Shown here: piece after piece, positions 51,946-64,000 of the stretch
How the letters are laid out: each line of letters starts with the position of its first letter
Position numbering within the stretch: the stretch's first letter is position 1
Source: Octopus sinensis
Lineage: Eukaryota
Reading direction: 5' to 3'
Length of the DNA stretch: 64,000 nt
NCBI RefSeq assembly: GCF_006345805.1
Contig: NC_043002.1
Location: 6,076,001 to 6,140,000 of the forward strand
Notes under the pieces: generated by a model
Told to the model about the DNA's origin: nothing
Databases searched by the model: none
What the model saw: only the letters and a program-made list of their open reading frames with translations
Translations under genes and position numbers: made by a program

Positions 51946-52482
51946 GAGTGAGAGAGCGGTTCATGCCATCAAAGTGACACTGGGGTAAAATATACGAAAC
52001 CCAATATACCCATCATGACTACCCGTCTGATAAGGGTACACCAGGCACATGCATCACAACCATATGTGCGCGACATGGTGATCTCATATCAAGGTAAACA
52101 GCGCATGACCTTGCAGGTGGGGCCCAGTTAGAATTTTCTTCAGGTCGAGTAGCCCATCCCGCTCAAAAGGTCCCTGAATAAGGGTTGTTTAAGGATGTTG
52201 AAAGAACCACCTATGTTTCCAGAGGTGAATTATTCAAACCCCAAAGAATCCCTCTCAACACATGGCTATGATGCTCCCCCACTACTTCTGCTCGTGATCA
52301 GAGATGCACATATCGTCAGCCACTAAGGGACATGCTCAACTGGTTAAGGTCAAACAACTGACAAGCAAATCTGTGGTATTGAGCAGAATATTTCCAAGAG
52401 AAAACAATGTACATGATAACACTTCCAATCAGTTAAGATCAGAAGCCATGAGAGCCACTGCCTGGTACTGCATCAGGGCATG

Positions 52483-52484
<2 letters not shown>
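51946..52484 (-). mobile_element. ~540-bp non-coding interspersed element embedded in (AAT)n on both sides; partial copy at 51702-51832
   Basis: (ATT)n at 51833-51945 and 52485-52556; 51702-51832 matches 52258-52385. Confidence 0.65.
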
Positions 52485-52552
<68 letters not shown>

Positions 52553-53179
52553 CATTACTGGTGAGTTGGAAGAATCGATAGCACGTTGGACCAAATGCTT
52601 AGCTGCTTGTCTCCCAGCTTTACACCCTGAGTCCAATTTTCGCCAACGTCGACTTTGAATTTCATCCTCACAGGGTCGATAAGATAAAGTACTTGGATCA
52701 TTGTAATAGACTTGATCTCCATCACTTAAAAATTCCTAGCCGTGTGCCTATCCTATAGATTATCATTATCAACTAATGTAGTTGTTGTTGTTGCAGTTGC
52801 TGCTGTTGTTGTTACTATTCTTCTTTCGGTTCCAACGATCATTACAACAACACCAGCTTCGACAATAGAATGCCGGAATTATCCGGCGGTAGGGCACATG
52901 CGCCGTAAATATATTTATGGAAGTCAGTCTAGCGAATCCGCCTGGTTGAGGAGACCGGTCTGCCAGTGTTATTTCTATTTCCTTGAGATGACAAACTAAC
53001 GAATATTGCTTGTCCAGAGTCACAGATGTTGTTTCTACTTTTAATTCATCGCTGTTGCACAGTTTACCAGTTATCTAATTCATTGATTTTAGATTTATCA
53101 CAATGCAACCGAATCGAACAGGAGGATGTGACATTTGGAAATGCTTTCTTACATTCAATTCATAGATATTTCCCTGTTG

Positions 53180-53224
53180 TGTATGTATGTATGTATATAC
53201 ACATATACACTTATATACAAATAT

Positions 53225-53279
<55 letters not shown>

Positions 53280-53633
53280 ATATACATATATATATATATA
53301 TACACATATAAATATATTATATATATATATAGATATATATATACATATATATATACACATATATATATGTATATATATATGTGTGTGTATATATATATAT
53401 ACATATATGTATATGCAAATGTGTATATTCATATAGATACATGCATATAAATATACACGTATGTACATATACGTGTAAGTGCTTACACATGCATGCGTGT
53501 ATATGTGTGTATGTTCTTACACACTCACACACACATATATACACACACACATATATATATACATGTATATATGCATATATACGTAAACATATCTCTATGA
53601 ACCTATCTATCCGCCTCACTCTGTCTCCCACTT

Positions 53634-53698
<65 letters not shown>

Positions 53699-53710
53699 TA
53701 TATATATATA
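53180..53710. repeat. Degenerate (TA)n/(TACA)n microsatellite field
   Basis: Direct reading. Confidence 0.95.
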
Positions 53711-54329
53711 TGGAACAATTTGCATGTATATAGAAAATTTTGCGTGTATGAATGTACAGCCATGGTTGTATGTAATTATCTTATGAATTTACGTAAGTGT
53801 ATGTGTGTGTATGCGTGAAATCTCGGTGATGGGATAATTGAAAAGATGTGTTGTCAAATATCGAACTAATCGGACAGATATTTACATATATTTGTAATAA
53901 TAACGGGAACCGCATTCATACAGTCCAATTCCCAGTCTCTGTCTGTCAGCCTTTCTCTCTTTTTCTCTTTATACATGTTTCTGTCTTTCCCTCTTTCTAC
54001 ATCAGTATTCTATGTATGCGTACATACTTTCATAAAACGCATAGCAATATAGCTGCAAACAAACACAGATTATGTACGCATTGCTAATGTGAGGGTGTGT
54101 CCCATGAGTAAGCTACTGTAATAGTTTATAGCAGGAAAACCAACACTCACACACACACACACATCAATTTATTAAAACACAAGTTCACACACATTTCGAT
54201 ATATTAAGATTTAATTGTTTTTTTTTCTTTAAAACTGTACCGAGTCCCAGGTTTCCATTTGTCGATGTGCTTTAGTATGCATATATACATACACAAGATA
54301 TATATACATATGTACTGAACAGATACACT

Positions 54330-54338
54330 TATATATGT

Positions 54339-54393
<55 letters not shown>

Positions 54394-54646
54394 ATGGTTA
54401 TATATATATATATGATATTATATATATATTATATGAATATATATTATATACAGTATATATATATATATGCATATATATGTGTATACATATATACGTATAT
54501 ATATGTATATATATATGTATATTATATATATATATATATATATATGAATATAAATATGTATATATGTATATATATATATGTATGTATATATATATGTATA
54601 TATGTATATATATGTTTATATTTATATATGTATATATATGTATGTT

Positions 54647-54677
<31 letters not shown>

Positions 54678-54678
54678 T

Positions 54679-54733
<55 letters not shown>

Positions 54734-54765
54734 CTGTGTGTATGTGTGTGTTTATATGTAAATTT
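54330..54765. repeat. Degenerate (TA)n/(TATG)n/(TG)n microsatellite field
   Basis: Direct reading. Confidence 0.95.
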
Positions 54766-54844
54766 ATATAAATAAGGATAAGATCGATATTTAAATACCG
54801 ATCTTAGGTGGCCAGCATAGGAATAAGAACATTTCAAAGGTAAT

Positions 54845-54975
54845 AATTACTTAAAATTATAATTTAGGGTATCTAAAAGATACCTCCACGCTAGAAATAG
54901 CAGTCAAAACTTGACTCTAAAACCGCATTAACTGTTCATACTGCACCAGGAGAGAAGACAAAGAGACAAAAATTA
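54845..54975 (-). mobile_element. Diverged, HHR-less relative of the 18601 tandem unit
   Basis: ttaaaattataatttagggtatct...gaaatagcagtc...tgactctaaaacc...ggagagaagacaaagagacaaaa aligns by eye with 18601-18725. Confidence 0.65.
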
Positions 54976-54981
54976 GCAATA

Positions 54982-55024
<43 letters not shown>

Positions 55025-55146
55025 TATATATACAAAGTTTGATTATATATATGTGTGTGTGTGTGCGTGTGTATGTCAATATACATGCATTTGTTTAGAA
55101 ATATATGGATTATATATATAGATATGTATGTGCGTGTGCGTGAATG

Positions 55147-55190
<44 letters not shown>

Positions 55191-55924
55191 AAATGGCGAT
55201 TTCAAAAGTAACACGTTTTACAATTTATATAAAATTTGCTGCTTGTCTTATCTTTTTCTACTTGTAATTGTGTATCTTTGTGTTTTTCTATAAACCAGAT
55301 AAACGTTATCATTCTTCTGTGTTATGAAGCATAAACTTACAGACACTGTCATACATATACTCTTACGTAGATATCTGTAATATACTGAAACTGTGTGGAT
55401 TAACAGATCAGAAATAAAGATGTCGTCATGCCATAGTTATCCAAGCTATTATGTATAGGCAAGCGTATCATTGACTTTTCAGGCCTGTAGGGAGCAATAA
55501 GTTCTATGTTACTAAAAGAAATTTAAAACCACATATAGTTCGTGGAGCTTAATTTTAGTGAATTTAATACTGTATTTATATGCTCATTTAACCAGCATTA
55601 TGTGTGTAACTGACAATACAAGTAATTATTGTGTTTGCGTTACTCTCCAATTCAGGAAACATGGGGTATACGAAGTGATATTTCACAGAAGTGACAAAAG
55701 AATATCTATTAAATATTATGTGAGGCCTGTTATGCAAAACCATCGACAGTGAGATTAAACAGAACTAAGGTACAAACAAGAAAATGCTGCAGCGAGATGG
55801 TTGGATCATCAGCGAAGTTTTAGTTTGAAATATGGAGAGAAAACACTTTGAACCACTGACCCAATGATATTGCATATGAAAATTTAATCTTAATTTTTTT
55901 CCACTATTATTACATTGAAATAAG

Positions 55925-56050
55925 GTAGTGAGCAAGTAGAATCCTTAGCGCGCTGGACAAAACATTTAGGAGTATTTCGTCCGTTTTTACGTTCTGAGTT
56001 CAAATTCCGCCGAGGTCGATTTGCATTTCGTCTTTTCGGAATCGATAAAA
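55925..56050 (-). mobile_element. SINE family A fragment (reads in + orientation at 55950-56050)
   Basis: gtatttcgtccgtttttacgttctgagttcaaattccgccgaggtcgatttgcatttc. Confidence 0.6.
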
Positions 56051-59000
56051 TACATTTCAATTGAGTGGTACGGCATCCTTTATTGAATTTATAAGTAGAA
56101 GGTCGCACATATTTGTAAAGATATTATATGGCACAAAAAGAAAATGACTCTCCCCAGACACAACAGAATATGCTTCAACACACGAACTCACATAAAGAAT
56201 CTTGCAAACCAAATCCAAAACCGAAATGTAAAGATAACGCTATGATGTAAATGAAGTGGTTAGCAAACGGTTATTGATTTCGGCTTATTGAGCAATCATA
56301 GATTTCTTTATATTTATTCCCAAAGATATTATCGCGCATAACATTTTCTACAGTTTTAAGTTACTTCACTGGAAATATTTGTGGAAAAAAGTTAAGGGAT
56401 TTCATACCAAGAAAGATTTTATAAACAAACGAAACATTAATATTTCTAGAGAACGTTTTTGACGCGTATGCAAAGAACATCATTCCATTCTTTTCAAAAC
56501 TCATCGATCTTTCCTGTCAAACTGATAACGAAATATTCATTTTCTGTTGTTGACTATCGCTTCCCGAATATTGTAAACCGATTACCGTTACAACAGTAGG
56601 CGAATCAGGCATTTCTCAGTGTTTTATAATGGCATAAAATACTGGCAAGCGTCATGGTAGGTGTTTTAAATATTTTTGCCATCACTAACGCGAGATTTCT
56701 GTTCAACATTTCGTTTATTTGTGTTGCTTAAAACTCACAGAGCATTTTAAACACATTCGCAACAGTAGAACCACATTATTAACATATGTAAAAATGAATG
56801 AATTTGAAAATGAAATGACAGATGATTATAGAAATATTTTTTACTTGGGAATCGCAGTCAGTCATTTTCCATAAAGGACAAACTAATTTCACCCTTTCAC
56901 CGCTAGTCAACATATGACACAATATGCTTATGATAAAAAGCATTCTGTCTGTGACCAAACCGTCTGTATTTTCAGTGAATTTTCTTTGTTTAAGACAGAA
57001 GTGCATGATTCGAGTTAGATTTGGTTAATATTTATTGCAGGTCGAAAGACCATGTAGCAGCTCCTTCGTTTTGCTATTTTTTTAACAAGTTGAGCAATAC
57101 TTGTATGAGAGAAAGACATAATAGTCACGACAGGAATGCTTCTTATCACAGATCCGCTCAATCAGATCTGAACTAAGGCCAAGTATAATAACAGTTGCAA
57201 TTACATTTAAGAACACATGGAATAATGTAGTTCTGGAATACACTGTACGAGAAAAAGACAAGATTGTTACGTTAAGAATACTTCTGATCATACACCTGTC
57301 GTATGCCGACACATTACATAACGTATCCATAGATATACTACGTCTGATAAAACGTAGGACAATCATGACTTGAATTCATTTGTAAGATGTCTGCTCAGAC
57401 ATATCTGCCGTATGTTAAACAAGAATAACAAATAGCTAAATTCAGAGATACATTGGATAACGCTGTTGTAAATATTTGAGAAGATACCGGTTGGTCATAT
57501 CAGGAATGTCTGTGATCATAAGTTTACTGAACCAGGACAAATCTGGAGCTACACAATATTAGTCTCCCCACCCCACTACCACCATCTTCGTCATCATCAT
57601 CCTCATCATCATCAACGACAACAACATTCACAACAATAAATATATATCATCTGCATAGAAGTTTCTTTGATAGTTACATTAATAAGCTTGTGCTTTCCAT
57701 GGTTTTCAAGATCTGGGCTGACTATTAGTTCCTCATTTATCTATTTTATAACTCCTGAATGAACAAGAGAAACAGATTTATTTGGACAATACTATATGTA
57801 AACAATAAATATACATTATGTACAACACTGTATTTAATTCTATTTCCTAATGGAGGAAATTATATAATTAGTGATCCGTGCTGGATTATGCAGGGTACAT
57901 TTGAAAAAAAGTTCAAAAGGTATTTCTAGATTTAGATATTATTTTTAATTTCAATTGGATATACGTAAAACTACGACGTTCGCTACTGTATGGTTTGAAG
58001 GAGATTTGGTTGCTAGGGACACTTAGGGATTCCATCGCTGTCCAGAGTACCTTTATTTTTTAAAAGAAATATGAGATGGTTATGGTTTGATCAAAAGCTG
58101 ACTTAGGGTAAAACCACAACAACAGTAAGAAAAATCCCTGAATTAGAATCATTAGAAAAAATTAGCAAGCTCGCATTAAGATTTGTTGCAATGATAAGTT
58201 TTTAAAAATCAGATTTGTACTTCTAGCAGACCAGAAAACCTCAAACTTGCACTTTCTTGTTGGGAAAAACTCAAATTTTGTTCATCCTATCGTTGGAAGT
58301 AAGTAAATATAGCCAGCAGATATTAGCAAATGCATTGCAATTCGCTAATTAAAAACGAAACTTTCGTAGATAAATTACAGACAGCAAAAAATAAGAAATA
58401 TTTATATTTGTGAAAATGTATCATTAATATTTTAGACTTTGAAAATTATTATAATAATTGAGAATTTATTACCAGTAGTTCAACTTACACTGTTTCCGGA
58501 TTCGTTTAAAAAGCTAAGTAGTAATTAAGCCAATAAAAAAACATTAATATTTTTTTATATTTCCTGCAGAAATGTTTTCTTTTTCGTGATTATTATCATT
58601 AGTTATATATATATTTTTTCATTTTAAAAATACAACCATAAGCTCATGTAGATTTTTGAAATAACATTTATAGGATATTTTTTTCTCTCTTTTGAAATGT
58701 AATACTTTTAATAAAGTAATCTGAAATTCACCATGAGCGGTTTTATAGATCCTCATATAAGGAGTTCTAACAACCTGGTATCACGGTGTGTGAACAACAT
58801 TGGTGATTCTATGGGTACTTTAAGATGAGTTTATGTATGTTACATCCTATGTTTAGTTTTATTGAACAAACTAGTGAAAAAGGTTTACATCTTTGCTACA
58901 TAATCAAATAAAATCAACCGAGTGAGAACTGTTAATTTCGAGAACAACGAATAACATCACAAATGTTAGAAATTCTCAAGAGGGGGAAGTATATAGCGGG

Positions 59001-61684
59001 AGGCCCGGTAATTAAAATAGATTTTTATTTCAGAAAAATGTTTTTACAATCGGGACAACTTAATCCAATTGACGTTTGGTTTTCTTAAATTAAAACCTAC
59101 CGCGATAAAGCAAAAGAATGCTGATTGCCAGTGAATTTTTAATCTTTGATAAAGAACAGCCTTACTGTTTGAAATACATCTTTTGATGCATAGCTTTTCG
59201 AGGTTAACCAATGAGATGCTGTGAAAATTATTTTAAATTTATATTAGTGCAACAAATATTAAAGAGAAATGATTATTTTGAAGGAGGGCATAAAGAGAGA
59301 GCGAGACTGGGGGAAAAGAAATGAATTAGAAAATATTTTATGACTCATTTATCGAATCTAGGAAACAGATGTCTCAGATCATAGTAGAGTTTAAATTTCA
59401 ATCTCAACGTGGGCTTTTTGTTGTAGAATTTCTTTTAAAAAAGGTACAACAACCACAATAACAAAAATACTCAAAACGATTTGTTACGCTTCTTTGAGTC
59501 GAGTGCTTTTAAGGGAATATACAGATTAAAATAAGTGACCTGATATGTTATTTGAATGAAGCGAGGATCTGCAGTTGCCAAGTGGTTTTTCGCAATTGAA
59601 ATGCCTGAGTTCACAACACATATTGTACCGCATAATGAACCACTGGAAGAATGTCTGCATGACCGCTAGACTTTCAAGAAATAACAGTCAAATCTCCTTT
59701 AGACCACAGCCTGTCATCTTAAAGAGATGAAGTATAAATCTGAAAGAAAGAAAGGAACCCAAGAAAGTCTTGACTGGAATGTTTTAATAAAAGTTATCCC
59801 TGGCCTAAGACCAACAATAGCAAAAGCAACCACAGTATTTCTTATTCTACTTTATAACAATGCTGTATTGCATTTTATTACGGTCAGAGAATTAAACAAT
59901 TTTCCTAGTGCTTACCTGCCAGCAGAACAGCTAAGACCATAGAATGTCGAAGTTAGAAAACCGAAAGAAGAGTAAAGATATACGAAGTTTATTTGTTTAC
60001 ACAGTTAAGATTCGAGATCATATCCTACCACTTATGGCTGAGGAATTTACCCAATATAACGTGTTAGAAAGCGATATAAGTTAACCGAATTACAAATCAA
60101 CAGTTTGTATTCAGCTAGGAGTGTTTCAATGCAGTGACTTGGTTCTGAGTTCAAATTCTACTGGATCCCTGCAAGAACGTTCGAGTTAAGTACTGGCGCC
60201 GAGTTAATTGCCTCACACTGATGTTTTCCAAGCTTCTTTAAGTAGGAGCCCACGACAGAGAATTAGAACAAATCTTCTTGGTGTTTTCTGCATATTAATG
60301 TCGGATGAAATTGTGTTACAGGCACACGATCAAAGTATTCCTTGAAAAACAGTAAATTCAGTTATCATTGACTTTGCAAAACAAAATGCCAAACAAATTC
60401 TATAATCAGTGAGACATGTGACACGTTCGTCAGCGCAATTATCGCATTCGACTGAAGAGCAAAAGAAGAGTAAACCAAAATGCACAGATCACAAATGGCC
60501 CGTACCGTGACCCTGTGAATGCACTAGTGTAGAATAGTAACTATAATCACAAACCAAACTGTTCATTTGATGATTTCTTTGTTGACTTGCAGTGCTGAAT
60601 TCAATTGTTCTCATTAATAATGTTTATTTAGCAAAATATATTTTCATTGTATTAAGCAGAGAGGAATATATGTAAGTGCTTGTCCAGTAGGTTTTTGACA
60701 GCTAATGCCATAAAGAAGGAACCATAGATTATAGTTTAGCTCTTGTTATATCACCTTGCTTAAAATCTTGCTATTTTAAATGATTATTTATTCGTTTCTA
60801 TATGGACATGATTTACTTTACCAGACTGATTTATTTTCGACAAACAAAACTGAAGCCGTCTGTTATGACCTAATCTCCCTTCGTATTACTGTTCCGATGT
60901 TCATTGGAAGTCATTTTATTTTCACGAAAACCATAGGCATTAACTATTGCCTTGGAATCACAAAAAAAGGCAAAGGCTGGAAAAAAAGTTCACTGTTCAG
61001 TTATGAATATTAGTTCACTATTGTTAGTGGTCCAGGAATGCTTGCTTCGTAAAGGAACCAACTTTGCAGCGCTCTTTGTAAGTGTCTTCTGCAGCATTCG
61101 GTAAACCTAGGCTACGTGAGTGAAACTGGCAAGACGGCAACTGTACAGAAGTCCATCGATTCAAAATACTGTTACACTTTCTTCAGTGGATAAATTAATC
61201 CGTCGCTTTGTTTGATATCACCATTTCTTTCTATGGTTCTTTTGACATTGTTCACGTTTTTCAAAACATTAGGACTAGGTTTCTGATCTGAAGATAATCC
61301 AATTGCCGTGGTTAATTTCCCTTTTCCCTCATTCATACTTTAGTCTCACGGCAGTGGTACCATATATATAATAATTAGCATATTGCTTTCAATGTTTAGT
61401 TAACAGATGTCTGCTTCAAAGTTTAAATGTTAATATCCAATTAAACAGATCACTTATTAATTTTCCAGAGAAGGAGATTTAAAGCATGATTGAATCGTGT
61501 AAATGTTAAGCTCTGAAGTCAGCAAAATTTACGATCTCAATACGTAACACCGGTGTATACTTTAAAATACGTTAATATAGATATTAATAGAATAGAGACA
61601 TATAGACACATTTACATAGGCACACACATACACACAAATTAAGTTGACGATGTTTTTCTTTACTGAATACGATGGTAAAGCATA

Positions 61685-61810
61685 CGTAAATGTATGTATG
61701 TATGTATGTATGTATGTATGTATGTATGAATGTATGTATGTATGTATGTATGTATGTATGTATGTATGTATGTATGTATGTATGTATGTATGTATGTATG
61801 TATGTATGTG
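61685..61810 (+). repeat. (TATG)n microsatellite
   Basis: Direct reading. Confidence 0.95.
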
Positions 61811-63152
61811 CGTGCGCGTGTACTATATGCATTTGTGTTCGTGTAAATATGATATGTACGTATTTATGATTTTGTGTACTTATGATTAGGGGTTCGCAGC
61901 GAGGAGGACTAATATATAAAAACATAATCAAAGTGTTTTAGAAGAATTAAAAATATATTAAATAAATGCAACAACTAGAAGCGGGGTCTTAATTACAGAG
62001 TTAGCTACATTGCAGGTTTCCGACTTAAAAAATTAATTCTCTGATAATTCTCTTGGAATTCGGGATGAATATTTCCTCTCCTTTTCCCACACGCACTAAT
62101 TTATATTTTATGCAAACCTAATATAAACAAGCCCTGTCTGGGAATAAGAAGAGCGATAAAGAGAAAAGACATGAAGAATACAAAACATATAAATAAAATT
62201 TTTTAATCAATTACCGCAAGAAATGCACTTCAAGAGTAAAAGCGAAAATATACGAATCAGAAAAACATCAGTCTAGGAGATCGATCGAATTTTATAAAAA
62301 AGGCAAACTCTATAGATATCCAGTTCTCCTTCAATTCAAACCTATGAGTGTCTTAAACAAGGACGGTTACACTGGATAACATAAATCCAAATGTGTATTT
62401 AGATTCATGTTATCGAGTGTGTCCATCCATTCAATCAAATCCAGTCAACTTTAAGACATTGAAAGTCAAGCACAAAAATATACATACAGTCACGCACGCA
62501 CATATCATGTATATGCCCTCCCAAAACTAGGCACCACTATCTAAGCGTTATCTAAGCCTTACTAGATTACCTATGAAAAGAAACAAACAATACCAATGCA
62601 AATGATCCCCTGAAACTATGAACCCACAAATGCTTTCCATGTATACGAGAACAATAACAAGATTAAAATATAAGGAATTCACAATCAAGCATAACATATG
62701 TGTATTCCTATCATCAGCTGCCAAACGGTTATCACTCAGGTTTCGACAGCCCTGTGCAGTACCATTCAATCTGGCGGTATCGACAGCGTTAAAAATATAA
62801 ACGTTGCGTGGGAATCCACTAGCTTATTACTACAAGTAGCAACATCAGAGTAACAAATAGTGATAACTAATACCTACACACGTACACACATCCACATATA
62901 CACATACGCCCTCTTTCTCACATACAGACATATATATGAGATGGATTTCCGTATAGTTTCCCTCTTCCAAAGTCATTCACATTGGTTGGCTGCAGTAGAA
63001 GGGGTTGCAGTGGAAGACATTTCCTCAAGATGCCGTGTACCAGGACTAAACACGAAACCACCTGCATTAGGGAGGATTCTTCACCACACAACTACTCCTG
63101 GGAAATGGGTGATATATATGTATGTATGTATGTATATATGATATATATATAT

Positions 63153-63562
63153 GAGTGGCTGTGTGGTAAGTAGCTTGCTTACCAACCACATGGTTCCGGG
63201 TTCAGTCCCACTGCGTGGCACTTTGGGCAAGTGTCTTCTACCATAGCCTCGGGCCGACCAAAACCTTGTGAGGGGAAACTGAAAATGAAAGAAGTTCGTC
63301 GTATATATATATATGTGTATGTGTGTATGTGTGTGTGTGTGCGTGTGTGTGTGTATGTTTGTGTGTGTGTGTCTCCAACATCACTTGACAACCGATGCTG
63401 GTGTGTTTACGTCCACGTAACTTAGCGGTTCTGCAAAAGAGACCGATAGAATAAGTACTAGGCTTCCAAAGAATAAGTCCTGGGGTCGATTTGCTCGACT
63501 AAAGGCGGTGCTCCAGCATGGCCGCAGTCAAAATTACTGAAACAAGTAAAAGAGTAAAAGAG
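63153..63562 (+). mobile_element. SINE family B, full length
   Basis: gagtggctgtgtggtaagtagcttgcttaccaaccacatggttccgggttcagtccc...actgaaacaagtaaaagagtaaaagag. Confidence 0.9.
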
Positions 63563-63571
63563 AATATATTT

Positions 63572-63655
<84 letters not shown>

Positions 63656-64000
63656 CAAAAGTTAGACAGTGAAGGGGAAAATAAACGAAAACTGAACAAA
63701 AACATAACGGATAGAAAAAGGAAACAAAACACGATACAAGGAACGTTTACAGCTGGCTTTCTTATCAGTTGGTATCGGAGACGTCATAGTGGTTTAACGC
63801 TATTTAAACCAAGCAACAAGGAAAACTGAGAATGTGTGCAAGGAAGGACAAAATAACGTTATACACAACAGAAAATGCCCTACAGCTGTACAATACGTGT
63901 GAGCAATAATTATAGTATGCAGTAGTAAAACGGATATTAAGACAGTTATAGTGAGGTAGGGCAAAGAAATGGAAAGATCTTTGATGGATGTAATACAAAC

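Overview
AT-rich, repeat-saturated eukaryotic DNA with one 100-N assembly gap (43438-43537). The SINE families and the (TA)n/(TACA)n/(TATC)n microsatellites look like Octopus (inference from recalled repeat sequences, not a database hit). I found no host protein-coding gene, rRNA, true tRNA or CRISPR. Nearly all supplied ORFs are translations of microsatellites or SINEs. Recognisable coding remnants are all transposon-derived: a mariner (DD34D) hosting a nested rosa/VS-type Tc1/mariner (DD40D) and a CR1 3' fragment, two more mariner derivatives, a CR1 RT fragment, and a Penelope-like element (PLE) GIY-YIG fragment. The main hidden signal is RNA-level. At least seven unrelated short, mostly non-coding elements carry type I hammerhead ribozyme (HHR) motifs, about 12 copies in total. 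Most have a palindromic (dimer-type) helix III, three families use a compensatory U3-A8 core, and one uses an A6U core. They sit next to (TA)n tracts as giant palindromes, inverted pseudo-LTR pairs or a ~247-bp tandem (retrozyme-like). All folds were assigned by eye and none has been tested.
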